In this document: positions 12,401 through 22,678 of the stretch, one piece after another
Position numbering within the stretch: the first letter of the stretch is position 1
How the letters are laid out: the number at the start of each line of letters is the position of its first letter
NCBI GenBank assembly: GCA_965202585.1
Contig: OZ241829.1
Location: 49,228,001-49,292,000, forward strand
Direction: 5' to 3'
Source: Thalia democratica
Lineage: Eukaryota
Length of the DNA: 64,000 nt
The notes under the pieces: model-generated
The model's input: only the letters and a program-made list of their open reading frames with translations
The model's database searches: none
Told to the model about the DNA's origin: nothing
Position numbers and translations under genes: made by a program

Positions 12401-14672
12401 AATTAGACATAAACTCTTGTGTACTTTAAGTATTATTTAGCAGCGGCTTTCAGAATTTAAATAAAGTTTATATTTTCTTTAACTTGTTAGTAATTTTTAA
12501 ATTACAAATATTTATTTAGGATAACTCATTGTAAGCATTTTTTAATATTATAACAATAGCTTTATTAAACTTTAAGGGATAAATAACTTGATTACTTTAA
12601 TGTAGGACTTTTTAAATCTGAGTTATAAAAACTAATTTAACTTTTTTTTTCAAAACCATTTTATTTTATAGTACTCTTACATAATTTTTAAATAAAACTT
12701 TTATAATTTTTTTTATAGTAATCTTCTGAATAAAAATTTAAGATTTTATTAGGAAAAAACCAATGAAGTAAAACTAGCGAGTCAAAAAGCAAAAATTCCA
12801 TCGAGATCTGTTTCGATTGAAGCACTTTTGAGTCCCAAATGGTTGCGTAAAAATGGTAGGGTTAAAGTTATAGCACAAAAGGCTAAAACTGAAAACAAGT
12901 TGAATAAGTCTAGATTAAAAGGAAAAAAATGTTTGCTTCCTACTCCAAAACTAATTAGTATTTCGGAATTGTGTCATTATAGCAGAAACTATAAAAACTC
13001 TAACGTAAAGGTTACAAAAAATATCGAAGACAAGGCCACATTAGAATCTGATCTGTCAAAAAACTTATCACCTCAAACTGCTCAAAAATCTGTTCGTTTT
13101 GCAAAACTTTCTTTATCAGAAGGTAATCATAGATTGAACTCTTTAAAAAAATCAAAATTAATCATTCAACAAAAACCAGGAGGTAGATTTCATTCTATAT
13201 TAAAACGCACAAACACACAGGACTCTAAAGTAAAACAAGCCGAAAACTTCATCACAACAGTATCAAGTTCGAACAATTTTTCACAGGGTAGTTTTTTAGA
13301 AAAGTACTATCTATCAAAATAGATATTAGCATTTTACTAAAGTTAAGCTTAATGAGTGTCTTTTGTGTAGTTTATATATTTGTTTTTGAATAATAGATGT
13401 TGTAATTTAATTTAAATTTTTATGTTTTTTTTTTAGAAAAACACTTTCTATACTATTTTAAACATAGTAAACGACTATTAGTTTAAACTTTAACATTATA
13501 GCTATAATTACATATAAATAAACACTTTATAATTTCCATCTTGTAGATAGAGTTATAGTTTTGTAAGGCTAACTTATGCAGATTTTTGTAAAGTTTGGTA
13601 AAAACTAGCTTTAACTGTGTGTAACTAGATTTTTGACCAAATTATATTACTGAAAATAACATTTTTTTTAAATAAATCTTCTACGTTGTAGTCTTTTTTT
13701 ATGAGATAAAAATATCATCTAAATATCTAAAGTAATTTAAAGGCTTATGTATATTCTTAAATAAAATAGATTCAAAATACCCGACGAAAATGGTTAAAAG
13801 GCTTTTAATGTCAAAATAACAAGTAAAAGACATTGATAAAAGCCTTTTTACCAGTGTCCTACTTATTGAAACGATTAACATTTGTACCAACGAACTTTAC
13901 AAATCAAATCTTAACATACTTATTACCCCCAAAGAAGTAGTAAAGAGCATTTTATACATGTCTGTGAAGAATATTTAATTCTTACTTTACAATTTTATTT
14001 ATAGACAAACTGATGGCTCGGCATGGAGAGTCCTTTAGGTCCTGTATTAGTGAATATTTTCATTTGGTATTTTGAATCCATTTTATTTAAGAATACAGAT
14101 AAGCTGTTTAATTACTTTAGATATGTAGATGATATCTTTATATTAAACAAAAAAGACTACAACGTAGAAAATTTATTTATTAAAATTTCTAACCTATTCC
14201 CTAACCTACAGAAAATAACATTAATTGAAATTAAATAAAGTTAGTTTAATTGTGTATAAATTTTTTGATTTTAATGTTGCATCGTTTTTACAAAAATACT
14301 AAATTCTAGGTTTGTCAAACCAGTCAAATGTTTCAGAAGCAAGTTCTTCAACTTCAATTTCACCAGTTGGGTTTTCTTCATTAATTGCTAACCGAAAAGA
14401 TAGGTAAAGCTTACATGTAGTTCTTTTTTCAAGTTAACTTTTTTTTTAATAAAAACTAGTTTTGATATATTTTTAGCAAAGCATGTATTTATTAACAAAC
14501 ACAACTTTCTACTTTTATTTTACGATGGCAAAACAGAAATAAGACGAAAGACAACTCTTCCGTGGAAGACAACTATGAATGGGATTCAGAGTATGCCATA
14601 GAATCTGAAATATTGGAAGCATTAAAGAAAATTGAAAATCATCAAACTTTAAATCTTTTCTCAGAAGTATGA
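236..14672 (+). CDS. Turtle/IGSF9-like Ig + fibronectin type III single-pass adhesion receptor, 5'-partial; join(236..442,1749..1891,2385..2681,2874..3033,4529..4643,5110..5297,7060..7225,7358..7548,8480..8644,9724..9760,9825..9943,10109..10318,10475..10900,11319..11371,12753..13287,14310..14403,14537..14672)
   Basis: All introns are GT-AG and phases close: 3242 nt = 2 + 1080 codons including the stop. Ig motifs (DSGLITCVASN, DHGKYSCSPRN, HHGEWRCIVSN), two FN3 domains (WKPGFNGG; TYDVSIVAVN; YQFQVLGIAEN), a TM helix and a long Ser-rich tail ending ...FSEV*. Domain order and linkers (QY...DCP; YSCSPRNIRGSSG...VVKPPKF) resemble Turtle/IGSF9 as I recall them. Confidence 0.8.
1380..1540 (+). mobile_element. 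Degraded Tc1-like transposase fragment
   Basis: gga aaa gta atc tag tcg gat gaa agc = GKVI*SDES, matching the Tc1 W..V.WSDES motif with a stop codon. Confidence 0.45.
1749..1891 (+). CDS. Turtle-like exon, Ig domain N-terminal half
   Basis: ttgcag acceptor; KAKPLQLPATQYAGLGLTITLDCPALSVPPVTSVDWFKN; donor gtttga. Confidence 0.75.
2385..2681 (+). CDS. Turtle-like exon, Ig/Ig junction
   Basis: aaacag acceptor; TIYDHGKYSCSPRN...KPPKFYLRP...VVPCSG...VKWKK; donor gtcagt. Confidence 0.8.
2874..3033 (+). CDS. Turtle-like exon, last Ig domain C-terminal half
   Basis: RLYISSLRKEHHGEWRCIVSNIVGKIQTSVFITVN; donor gtaagt. Confidence 0.8.
4529..4643 (+). CDS. Turtle-like exon, FN3-1 N-terminal part
   Basis: ttttag acceptor; TTPHAVEN...VKVGWKPGFNGGYRQSYQIW; donor gtaaaa. 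Confidence 0.8.
4780..4957. mobile_element. hAT-type MITE, 178 bp, in a Turtle-like intron
   Basis: 13-bp TIRs CAGTGCTTCTGAA; perfect 8-bp TSD CTTTAAAC at 4772-4779 and 4958-4965; four internal GGGTTCCGC motifs. Confidence 0.9.
5110..5297 (+). CDS. Turtle-like exon, FN3-1 C-terminal part
   Basis: ttacag acceptor; ANITELKEVTTYDVSIVAVNKIGIGYFS; donor gtaaaa. Confidence 0.8.
7060..7225 (+). CDS. Turtle-like exon, FN3-2 N-terminal part
   Basis: IPSPTSF...LIFLKWTKIP...VTGYLIEQRQ; donor gtcagc. Confidence 0.75.
7358..7548 (+). CDS. Turtle-like exon, FN3-2 C-terminal part
   Basis: SYWQYL...NKFYQFQVLGIAENSWGKPSTVVNAST; donor gttgag. Confidence 0.75.
8480..8644 (+). CDS. Turtle-like exon, transmembrane helix
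   Basis: LIATAISLSMFFIISMCIVVCLIF followed by the RK stop-transfer pair; ttctag / gtaatt boundaries. Confidence 0.8.
9724..9760 (+). CDS. Turtle-like 37-nt cytoplasmic exon
   Basis: ttgcag|AA...AC|gttagt; phases fit both neighbours. Confidence 0.6.
9825..9943 (+). CDS. Turtle-like cytoplasmic exon
   Basis: Open in the required phase (ETLVKNSCLK...LFNE); ttatag / gttact boundaries. Confidence 0.6.
10109..10318 (+). CDS. Turtle-like cytoplasmic exon
   Basis: EQEKGSLLNSS...DSSSSTDNDVDEVVAMRKKE...; open in the required phase. Confidence 0.65.
10475..10900 (+). CDS. Turtle-like cytoplasmic exon
   Basis: Contains ORF 10489..10905; ttttaag / gttagt boundaries. Confidence 0.7.
11319..11371 (+). 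CDS. Turtle-like cytoplasmic exon K (duplicated at 25105-25157)
   Basis: aaaag|GATCT...CAT|gtaagt; GSNNVEVIQRRRSLSQLH. Confidence 0.7.
12753..13287 (+). CDS. Turtle-like basic/Ser-rich cytoplasmic exon L (duplicated at 27296-27830)
   Basis: attag acceptor in frame with ORF 12828; donor gtagtt at 13288. Confidence 0.65.
13660..14240. mobile_element. Penelope-like reverse transcriptase relic with an inverted partial copy, in the intron between exons L and M (duplicated near 28200-28780)
   Basis: Plus strand DIDKSLFTSV...RQTDGSAMESPLGPVLVNIF...YFRYVDDIF (RT motifs A, B, C in PLE style); minus strand YFRYLDDIF at about 13680-13800. Confidence 0.8.
14310..14403 (+). CDS. Turtle-like cytoplasmic exon M (duplicated at 28852-28945)
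   Basis: ttctag|GT TTG TCA...GAT AG|gtaaag; GLSNQSNVSEASSSTSISPVGF. Confidence 0.65.
14537..14672 (+). CDS. Turtle-like terminal exon N with YEWDSE motif and C-terminal S-E-V (duplicated at 29079-29214)
   Basis: RNKTKDNSSVEDNYEWDSEYAIESEILEALKKIENHQTLNLFSEV*. Confidence 0.65.
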
Positions 14673-16823
14673 ATAAGACGTACAGTTTTTTAAAATTAAA
14701 CTATTTTTACAATGATTGAACTTTAAAGTTTCTTACAAGTTGTGATTAAGGAAGTAATAACTTTTTTTATTGATCTTTTTTTTATATTATGCTTATAAAG
14801 TATACTGAACTTAAAAACAATTAACTATAATATTTATTAAAAATATATATTTGTTTAATTATTTAAACTGTATACTGAAAGTATTTGTATGAATATAACT
14901 TTCTGAAAAGTAAAAATCTCTAAACATTTCAAAAATTCAACTTATTGAAATTCTATTTCACACTTTTGAATAAGCTTCATAAACTTTGATAGAAGTACAT
15001 AAACTTAAAAAAATTAAAAAAACTAAGAATAAAAGCATCTAATTTCTAATCTACTGAAACATATTTCTTAGCCTATTTTATTAGAAAAAAATTCAACAAA
15101 AAAGTTTGAAATAATTTAAGTTATACTCTAAACGTACGTAAAGTACAATTATATCTAGTTTTTTATACGTAAACTTTTATACGAAAGCTAGGTTTTTAAT
15201 ACGATCTAAAATTACGTAAACTATGCAGGTTAGTAAACTAAAAAAAAAGAATAAAACAGTTTGCTAAAATAAAATAAAAAATTAGTAAATCTTATACATT
15301 GTGTATGTTTTAGATAGGGCAGCTTTTTATAAGAAAAAGGTGAATTTTCTTATAAAAACTTGGTCGTGGGCCGCATATAATAGTTTTAGCAACCAGTAGA
15401 AATAATAACTTAATCGGTAAATATATCAAAAGTAATAGATAATAAATCCTCCAGTAATTACTATTTGTTAAATTTAGCCTCAATGTCGGTTTTCTTAACA
15501 AAATTATTTTCGATCGTTTTAAAAAGGTACATTTGTATGGTGAAAAGTATATCGCGGGTTGCATGTTTTTGTTTTGAGGGCTGCAGTGTTTATCGACCTC
15601 TGTTTAGAAGATAAAATAATAATTTTTGGTTGTTTTTGTTATTAAAACTCAGTTCATAAATGACACCTTCTAGATTAAATACTATTGTTAACGATAAGAA
15701 TGAGATTTTTTTAAGTAGTTAGAAAACTACTTTAAAAAATTTTAATTAAAAACTGTTGTATGCTAAATCCCTTATGTAAATCTGCTACTTAAATAATACA
15801 AAACAACTTTTATCGAATAGTTTAAGTTAATAAATGATTAAAACTTTTAGGACTTGCGTTTTAAAATAGAAAAGTTTGCAAAAGAAATCACCATATGTCA
15901 AGACTCGTCAGCTAACATTTACAAAAAGAAAATGCAATCTAGCAAGGTTTTTATAATTTTAAATTGTAAATTCAAATTGTATCCATTGCTTTAATAACAT
16001 AATAAAATTAATTACATCAAAATTCTAAACTTTAATTTGACTACCATAAAACTTTTATGTCAAAAATGTTTTCAAGTTACTTATTAATAATAACAGTAAA
16101 CAATTTTTTTTTTAATATTACTTTCTTATTCACCAGTATTCAAAACTGACTCTACAAGACTTGTTTAATTATATTAATAAGGCTTGTATACTTTTTATAT
16201 TGCTTCTAAACAAAAGAGCAGTTTTCATACATACATCATATCTATTTATAACTTCAATTTAAATAATGTTGCAACTTTATGCACAATTTTTTTAGCTTGG
16301 CAAGGTTTCTTTTAAAAATACTTCTTGAGACTTCTGAAAAAGGTGGTTATTAAAAAAACTTGCAGAGTACAGATTTTTAACTATTGAAAACTTGATAAAG
16401 CTAATAGACATTGTAAAAATAATTAAAAATTAAAAAAAATTGTATAATAGCTTTAACTTTAAGAGTTTATTTTCTACTTGTCTAGCTCTACCGAAAAACT
16501 ACTAAAAAAGTATGACTTATAAAGAAAAAAAATTAATTTATATAAAATAAATAATAGTATTATTCGTTATTGACAACTCTATAGTACTACTTAAAAAAGT
16601 TTTTAATGTGTTAAAAATACTTAATCTTATTTTCTTTTATGTTCTATATACATTTTAGTACTTAATAAAGTAACACTTTGACTTGTTAGGCATCAAGTAC
16701 CTCATCTGAAACATCCTTTTTAGATCCTGACTTAAAATCAGATTTAGAAAAAAGGTAAGCACGTTGTACTTTTTTAACAAAATAAAAAACTTACTACCAA
16801 ATACAGTTTTTAAATTTATTATA

Positions 16824-16940
16824 TGTCCTGGGCATGACGTTAAACTGTTCTGATGTATGACTCGATAACCGAAAGGTTTTTCGTGCACAAGGTCCTTGGA
16901 CCAAACCTTTTGAGCGTATTTTTTGTCGTTCAATAAACAA
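16824..16940 (+). repeat. Unclassified hairpin-bearing interspersed repeat, family H (duplicated at 31333-31449)
   Basis: gtcctgggcatgacgttaaa...gactcgataaccgaaaggtt...cgtgcac...ggtcc...ggacc...tttttgtcgttcaataaacaa. Confidence 0.7.
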
Positions 16941-19900
16941 TATATGAAGTAGGAGACAATTGTTTAAAAGCTAATAAGCTAAAATTCATAATTTTAGTAT
17001 TCTAGTAAGTTTAACGTCTTAGTTAGATGATAATAACAAAACTACTGTCGAACACAAAAATAAACAAGTAAGTATCAGTTTTTTAATATTGTTTTCTTAT
17101 GTTGTTATCATCAGATTATGAAATTAAAACTATTAAAAGAATAAATTAAACTCCAAACAACTTACAAACTTTATTTTTAATTAACTATGCTGCAACAAAC
17201 AAATGTTAACACTTTATTTTTAGTTTCTTTTAATAAAATTTTAAATGAATCTGACAAAAAACATAGCTAAATTAAGGTCTAATAACAATAACCGGTACAT
17301 AGAATTTTTTTCAAAACCTTTGAGACATAGTGTTTAGCTTGCGCAGTTGTTTAACAAAAAAATGTAGCATAGACACATGTTGAACAACTGTACTTACTAA
17401 AATATTTTTTTAAATTAGCTTTGATTTTTTTTTAATTTAAATGGACTAAAACTACTTACATTAGAAAATACATTTCTGGGCAGTAGACTGTATAACATTT
17501 AATCGTTACTTATGATTTAGTTTTATCAGTAGTTATAGCCCAAAACTTTTACAATAATCTAATTTAAACAATGTCTGTGTATAACAAAACTAGATAATAA
17601 TTGTAATTTGTTTTATTTAAAATAACTTATAAAAATATGATAATTTAAATACTTAAGTCTTACAACAAAAATTCAGATTACATCAATGTTTCGCAACTAA
17701 TACAAAAAAGTTAAAACTGCTACAAGAGTTTTGGTACTGCACAAAAACAGAACTTTGATTTTTAAAAAATTGTAAAAAGATAAATTTCAAGCCATCAATA
17801 CTTAATGTTTTATACTACAATTTTTTTTTAATTTTGTACACTATTTCACAAAAAAAAACTAACTAACTATTCTTTAAAACTACATATTTTATTACGCAAT
17901 GTGAACCAGATCATATCAAAGTTCTGCTATGTACTTTGAAAATTAAGTAGATTTTTTAATAAACTTATATTTTTTTGAATTAATAAATTTTTACCAGCAG
18001 CTTAATTTTACTAACGTTTTTTGTTTGAAAATTTACATCAAAATTGTTACCCCATTAAGATGGCTTTTAAAAAGTTTTAAAACTTATACAATAGTTATAA
18101 AACTTATAAAAATTGTATCTGAAACTAAGACGATCATATGGATTAGCTATGTTTCAAACACACTTACGTTATATAAAAACAACTGTATTAATATGAACAT
18201 CGAGCAGAATTTTAGTTTACTAATATTTACATTTCCCATAATAATTAACTTAAATTATTAGCTGCTTTATGTAGCATGGTTTTAAATTAACTTTTATTTT
18301 TAGATGTGCACGATTAGTTCTACAGTTTGAAAGATTTAGACAAAAGACAAACTCGGAATCTTTATCTGAAAAAGAAAAAATCAAAAAAGATTCGTTCGGC
18401 TGATAGTACAATAGACTTAAAGTTTGAATGTATAAGACAACTGTCGTCTTTAAGTTTATAGCTTGCGATAGAAAAATAAATGCATTATAAGTGCTTGACC
18501 ACAAAAGTAACATATAGTTACTTTAGAGTTAGATCAGTGTTAGAAACAAATACAAATTGCCTTAAGTGAAGTATTGCTGTATTTATTTTCTAACTTTAAG
18601 ATTTAAATAATTTTAAACATTTTTTAAACTTTGAATACTAGGCTTTTTGAAAATAAAGCTACTCGAATACCTCTATTTGTTCAAGTTCTTCACTAAAACT
18701 AAACTGCATACTGTTGTTCATTGAAAAATTGTTTTTAGAAAATTATTAGTACGTTTTTGTTAAATTTCGAATAAAAAATTAAAAGCTCTTTTGCTGCTCT
18801 TATTACTACTAATTCTATTCTTATTTAGTTAAACAATTTGAAAAATTCAATTTATGATTTATTTTGATACTCTTTTGTTTTCTATTTTTGTTGACAATTG
18901 ATATTTAAACAACAGTTATTACAAAAATTGTTACATCTACATTAAATCTTATTGAATAAGTTGAATTACCCAATTTATTTTCTGTAAAACTTTTGTATAT
19001 CTTGGTATGTAGATTTGTTAAAGATTGAAAACCAAACGAAAACGGCGTTAAAAAGTTCAAAAGTTTCTATTCTATATTAAAAAACGCTTGTAAAGTAAAT
19101 AAACAATATTTTAGTTGAAAAAATTTAGTTTGTCGCTAAAAATTCTTATAGTAGTAAAATTCTTAAATATATTTTTATATTTGTTTCTAAAGTTTTATAG
19201 GGTTTTAACTTAAAAAATTATAAGGCTTCATATCAACTAAGAAAAGTGTTTAATACTTATACCTGGTAGAATTTAGATTTAGATAACGTGTTAAACATGT
19301 AAAATTTTAGGTAATTTTTTTTTGTTTAGCATTTACAAAAATTATTTACGTTCTACAACTGAATTATACGAATATAGTCAAGTAGTACTTGTATTGCATA
19401 AAGCTATATTTTAGTTTAAAATTGATTGCAAATTACAAAGTTCAAACTAAAATCAATACTACCTACATTTAGTTTTGTTGTACTTTATTTAATAAAGTAA
19501 AGTTGAATGGCCTTTTTTTTACAATTTTTCAATAAACAATAAGTAAAAAATTTAATTAATTCAATCACCAGACATCGTAGGTAATAAAAATAGTAATTTT
19601 GAAAATTTGACGTTAAAATTTTTGACTTCGAAACAAAGTTAAATTTACAGCTATAAATTTTTACAAGTTAGAAGAACAGACACATAAAATAATAAAAATT
19701 GATCTCTTTAGTTCAAGATTTTAAAGGTATGAAGATAAATGTACAAAGACTTAACAATTAAGTCTACTAATTTTAAGAAGAGTTAAGTAAGTTTTAGTGT
19801 CAAATAATATTTTAACTGATATTTGTTTACTTTTTCTTTAAACAGCAAAATACTAAGCAATCATCTAAGTTATCTTTAAATTTCATAAAGTAAACGCAAA

Positions 19901-20519
19901 AACGTTTAATTCCGTACTTTAAATATCTAACAAAGAATTATATAAAGTTTCTTTCTACCTAAAAGTTTTAACACATTAGAACTTTTCGATCCATGTTTTA
20001 GGACTTAAAGTTTCCCATTAAACACAAATCCCCTGCCCGCGACTTACTAAATTCCATTTGTTTGTAAAAAAATCCAATATTAGTAAAACTTTTTTTGTCG
20101 AGTTTTACAAATATGCTGTTGGTTTAATTGAGGGGTCGACAGCTTTTTAAAATCTTTAATTTTCTTACAAAAGTTTGGTCGCGAACAGCATTATTTAAAA
20201 AAAAAAATTGCGGTTTGCAATCTTTTATAATAACTAAAATAGCTAAGAAAGAAAAAATACCATTTCAAAAAAAGATGTGATACAAGCAATAGTAAAGCAC
20301 AACTTATTACTAATTATCTAATTAAAATCCTAGTTACAAAATTTCACATCAAATTTTATTTCAACGGTTTAATAAAAGTTTTTTTTGACTAAGAAAAACA
20401 TTGCAAGCCGAAGGTTTTTTTTGCCGCACTTTTCCGACACCTATTTTAAATGTAAATAACTAAGTTGTTGTTTCAAAGATAGTATCTTTATAACTTTAAT
20501 GTTTAACAAAATACATTTC

Positions 20520-21370
20520 ATTTTCTTTAAATTTATTTAAGTACTTTCAAGTAGGACTCGTCAGAAATAGTTTCCTACTGAATTGGAATGAATACAAATT
20601 GAAATAAAATTATACTGCAGTTTAAAGTTTTAAGATATAAAATGACGTAATAATCAAATGTTAAAAATTAAATAAGTGCTAGTGCTAAACAAATTTGGTA
20701 TACTAATAAAACTCGGTAGAATTAAAACAATCTAAATAAAGAGGCGATAAAAATTTTAAATTAAAACTATGCATAAAAATAAAGTTTAACAAGAAACTAA
20801 TTACTTTAAAATTACTAATATAAGGGTTTAAAAAGTCTAGTTTAGTAAACGAACTTTTTCTGCTTACATAAACTGGGCCTTAAAAATTAAATACATAAGG
20901 CTTCCAGAATATGCAATTGAAAAGAGTTCTCCGCTCTCACTAAGACTGAAAAATTGTCCTTTTTATAATTTTGCCCAATCGCCGAGAAGTATTTTTTAGT
21001 TGGTTTCTCAGAACGGCCATCAAACCACTTTTTCAAGACTTTCGGAACATGTTGATCGATTCTTACATGAAACCTTTGAGATGTTTTTCCCACGTAGTCA
21101 CTACCACAGTGACAACTAAACTTATAGATGATGTTACTTTTTTCATGGGTGGGAGAAACGTCTTTGTAAATTCCACTTAGAGGTCGATCAGTATACAAAA
21201 CTGTTCATAAATGAACAGAGCTGAAAACTTGGCTTATTTCCTCTGAAGTTTTCTTAGAAAACCTCTCAGAAATTTTTCCAAGGTAAGGAAGTTTTAAGTA
21301 TACTGGACACTTCTGAGGGCCAATCATTTTTAAAGCTGTTGAACTTCTAGCTCTTGTTATAACTTTGTTT
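20520..21370 (-). mobile_element. Penelope-like element 3' relic: linker, GIY-YIG endonuclease and 3' region with hammerhead
   Basis: Minus strand GPQKCPVYLKLPYLG...SNIIYKFSCHCGSDYVGKTSQRFHVRIDQH...LEALCI, with stops; hammerhead motif about 320 nt downstream. Confidence 0.85.
20534..20569 (-). ncRNA. Minimal type I hammerhead ribozyme candidate (PLE-associated)
   Basis: Minus strand UAUUU-CUGACGA-GUCCUACUU-GAAA-GUAC-UU/AAAUA: 5-bp stem I, intact CUGANGA and GAAA cores, palindromic stem III (AAGUACUU), CUU cleavage triplet; stem II reduced to a G-U pair. Confidence 0.6.
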
Positions 21371-21718
21371 CGAAAGTTTTAAATAGAAATAATGTCTTTA
21401 CTACTTATTGTTCAGTTCAAAGTAAAATAGTTTATAAGCAAAAATGTTATCCTAATGCAAAAATTTTTATCTTTTCTGTATGTTAAGTAACTTCTCGCTT
21501 GAGTATGCACTACTGGTTCAGTTCGCACATTGTAGCCAAAAAACGATACCTGAAAGTAGCAGTACAGGATTATTATATATTAAAATATTTTTTATGTATT
21601 AAAGTTGCATAAAACAAAAACTAAAGGAGTCTTAAAAAGTTGTTATCAACTCAAAAGTTGTACATCAAATGCTATATTTAAAACAAACACATCACAGTTT
21701 ATATAATATAAAAACTAA

Positions 21719-21836
21719 CAGTGCCCTATACAAGACGTTAAAAGGTATCCGTGGTGTACGACTCGATAACCAAAAGGTTCTTCGTGCACCAGGTCTTAAG
21801 ACCAAATATTTTTAGCGCTTTTTTTCGTTTAATAAA
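21719..21836 (+). repeat. Family H repeat (duplicated at 36228-36345)
   Basis: cagtg...caagacgttaaaaggtatccgtggtgtacgactcgataaccaaaaggttcttcgtgcaccaggtc. Confidence 0.75.
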
Positions 21837-22080
21837 AAATAAGAGTGCAATTGACACTTGCATATCTAATCATTAAATCATTGGAATAAAGAATATTTTT
21901 AGCTTTATGTTAAAATTTAGACAAACGAAAATAAGGATCAATTCAATAGACATTTACATACTCAATAATTGAAACATAAATATAAAAAACATATAAAAAG
22001 TTATAATATATTTTAGTTATCTAACGAAAATAATGAACAATGTAATTGAAATTAATTTAGAACTAGATGCTCTTGTAAAC

Positions 22081-22678
22081 GGGGACGTGTAAAATATGCA
22101 CGAAGACACTTTTGCACAAAGGGTCAAATATGCACCAAGGGTCACTTTTGCACGAAGGGCCATTTTTGCACGAGAGCAAAAAAATTAAAGTAAAAAAAAA
22201 TAGTAATAATAAATTATTTGAAAAAAAACCGACCAAAGGTAAGGGTTAAAAATAACAGTGATAAAACAAAAAACAAAAAGGATTATTTTTTTTTAAATAC
22301 CGACCAAGGGTAAGGGCTAAGGATAACAGTAATAGCAAAAAAGAAATAAAAAATAATAAAAAACAAATTGTAATTATTGAAAAAACTATAACAAGCATTA
22401 AAAATAAATAAAAACCAAGTTACTGACCAAAGGTAAGGGTTAGAGGTAACAGTGATAGTTGAAAAGTATAAAATATAAATTAATTTCTTAAAAAATAAGG
22501 TAAAGTAAAACAAAAAGTTACCGACAAAGGGTAACGATTACAGGTAACAGTTATGGTAATAATAAAAAATATAACTAAACAAAATTAATAAATCAATTAT
22601 AATAAAATTTACAATTTAACCCGTACAAAAAAGTCTTTAAACAAAAGTGTTCCTTTGTGCATATTTGATACCTACCCC
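22081..22678. mobile_element. Unclassified non-autonomous DNA element with degenerate GGGG...CCCC TIRs and internal tandem repeats (duplicated at 36590-37187)
   Basis: Left end GGGGACGTGTAAAATATGCACGAAG versus reverse complement of right end GGGGTAGGTATCAAATATGCACAAAGG; subterminal TTTGCACGAAGGG repeats; four ccgaccaaaggtaagggtta...aacagt units. Confidence 0.6.

Noticed and set aside
13288-13322. Stop at 13322 as the end of the Turtle-like protein
   Set aside because: A phase-1 donor at 13288 joins two further well-formed exons ending in a PDZ-type motif. Read-through to 13322 remains a possible minor isoform.
11473-18513. Short ORFs at 11473, 15310, 16655, 18025 and 18250 and their duplicates
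   Set aside because: Composition reflects AT-rich background; no motifs or consistent splice structure; they recur only because of the duplication.
19015-19050. cgaaaacggcgtt resembling a hammerhead 3' half (also at about 33525-33560)
   Set aside because: No CUGANGA core or stem I upstream.
21719-21836. Family H as a known ribozyme (twister, HDV-like, hammerhead) or a tRNA-derived SINE
   Set aside because: I could not find the required core residues, pseudoknots or A/B boxes; left unclassified.
22240-22560. Tandem units as a CRISPR-like array or true telomeric repeats
   Set aside because: Units are degenerate and irregular, lie inside a TIR element in eukaryotic DNA, and there are no cas genes; TTAGGG is not reiterated.
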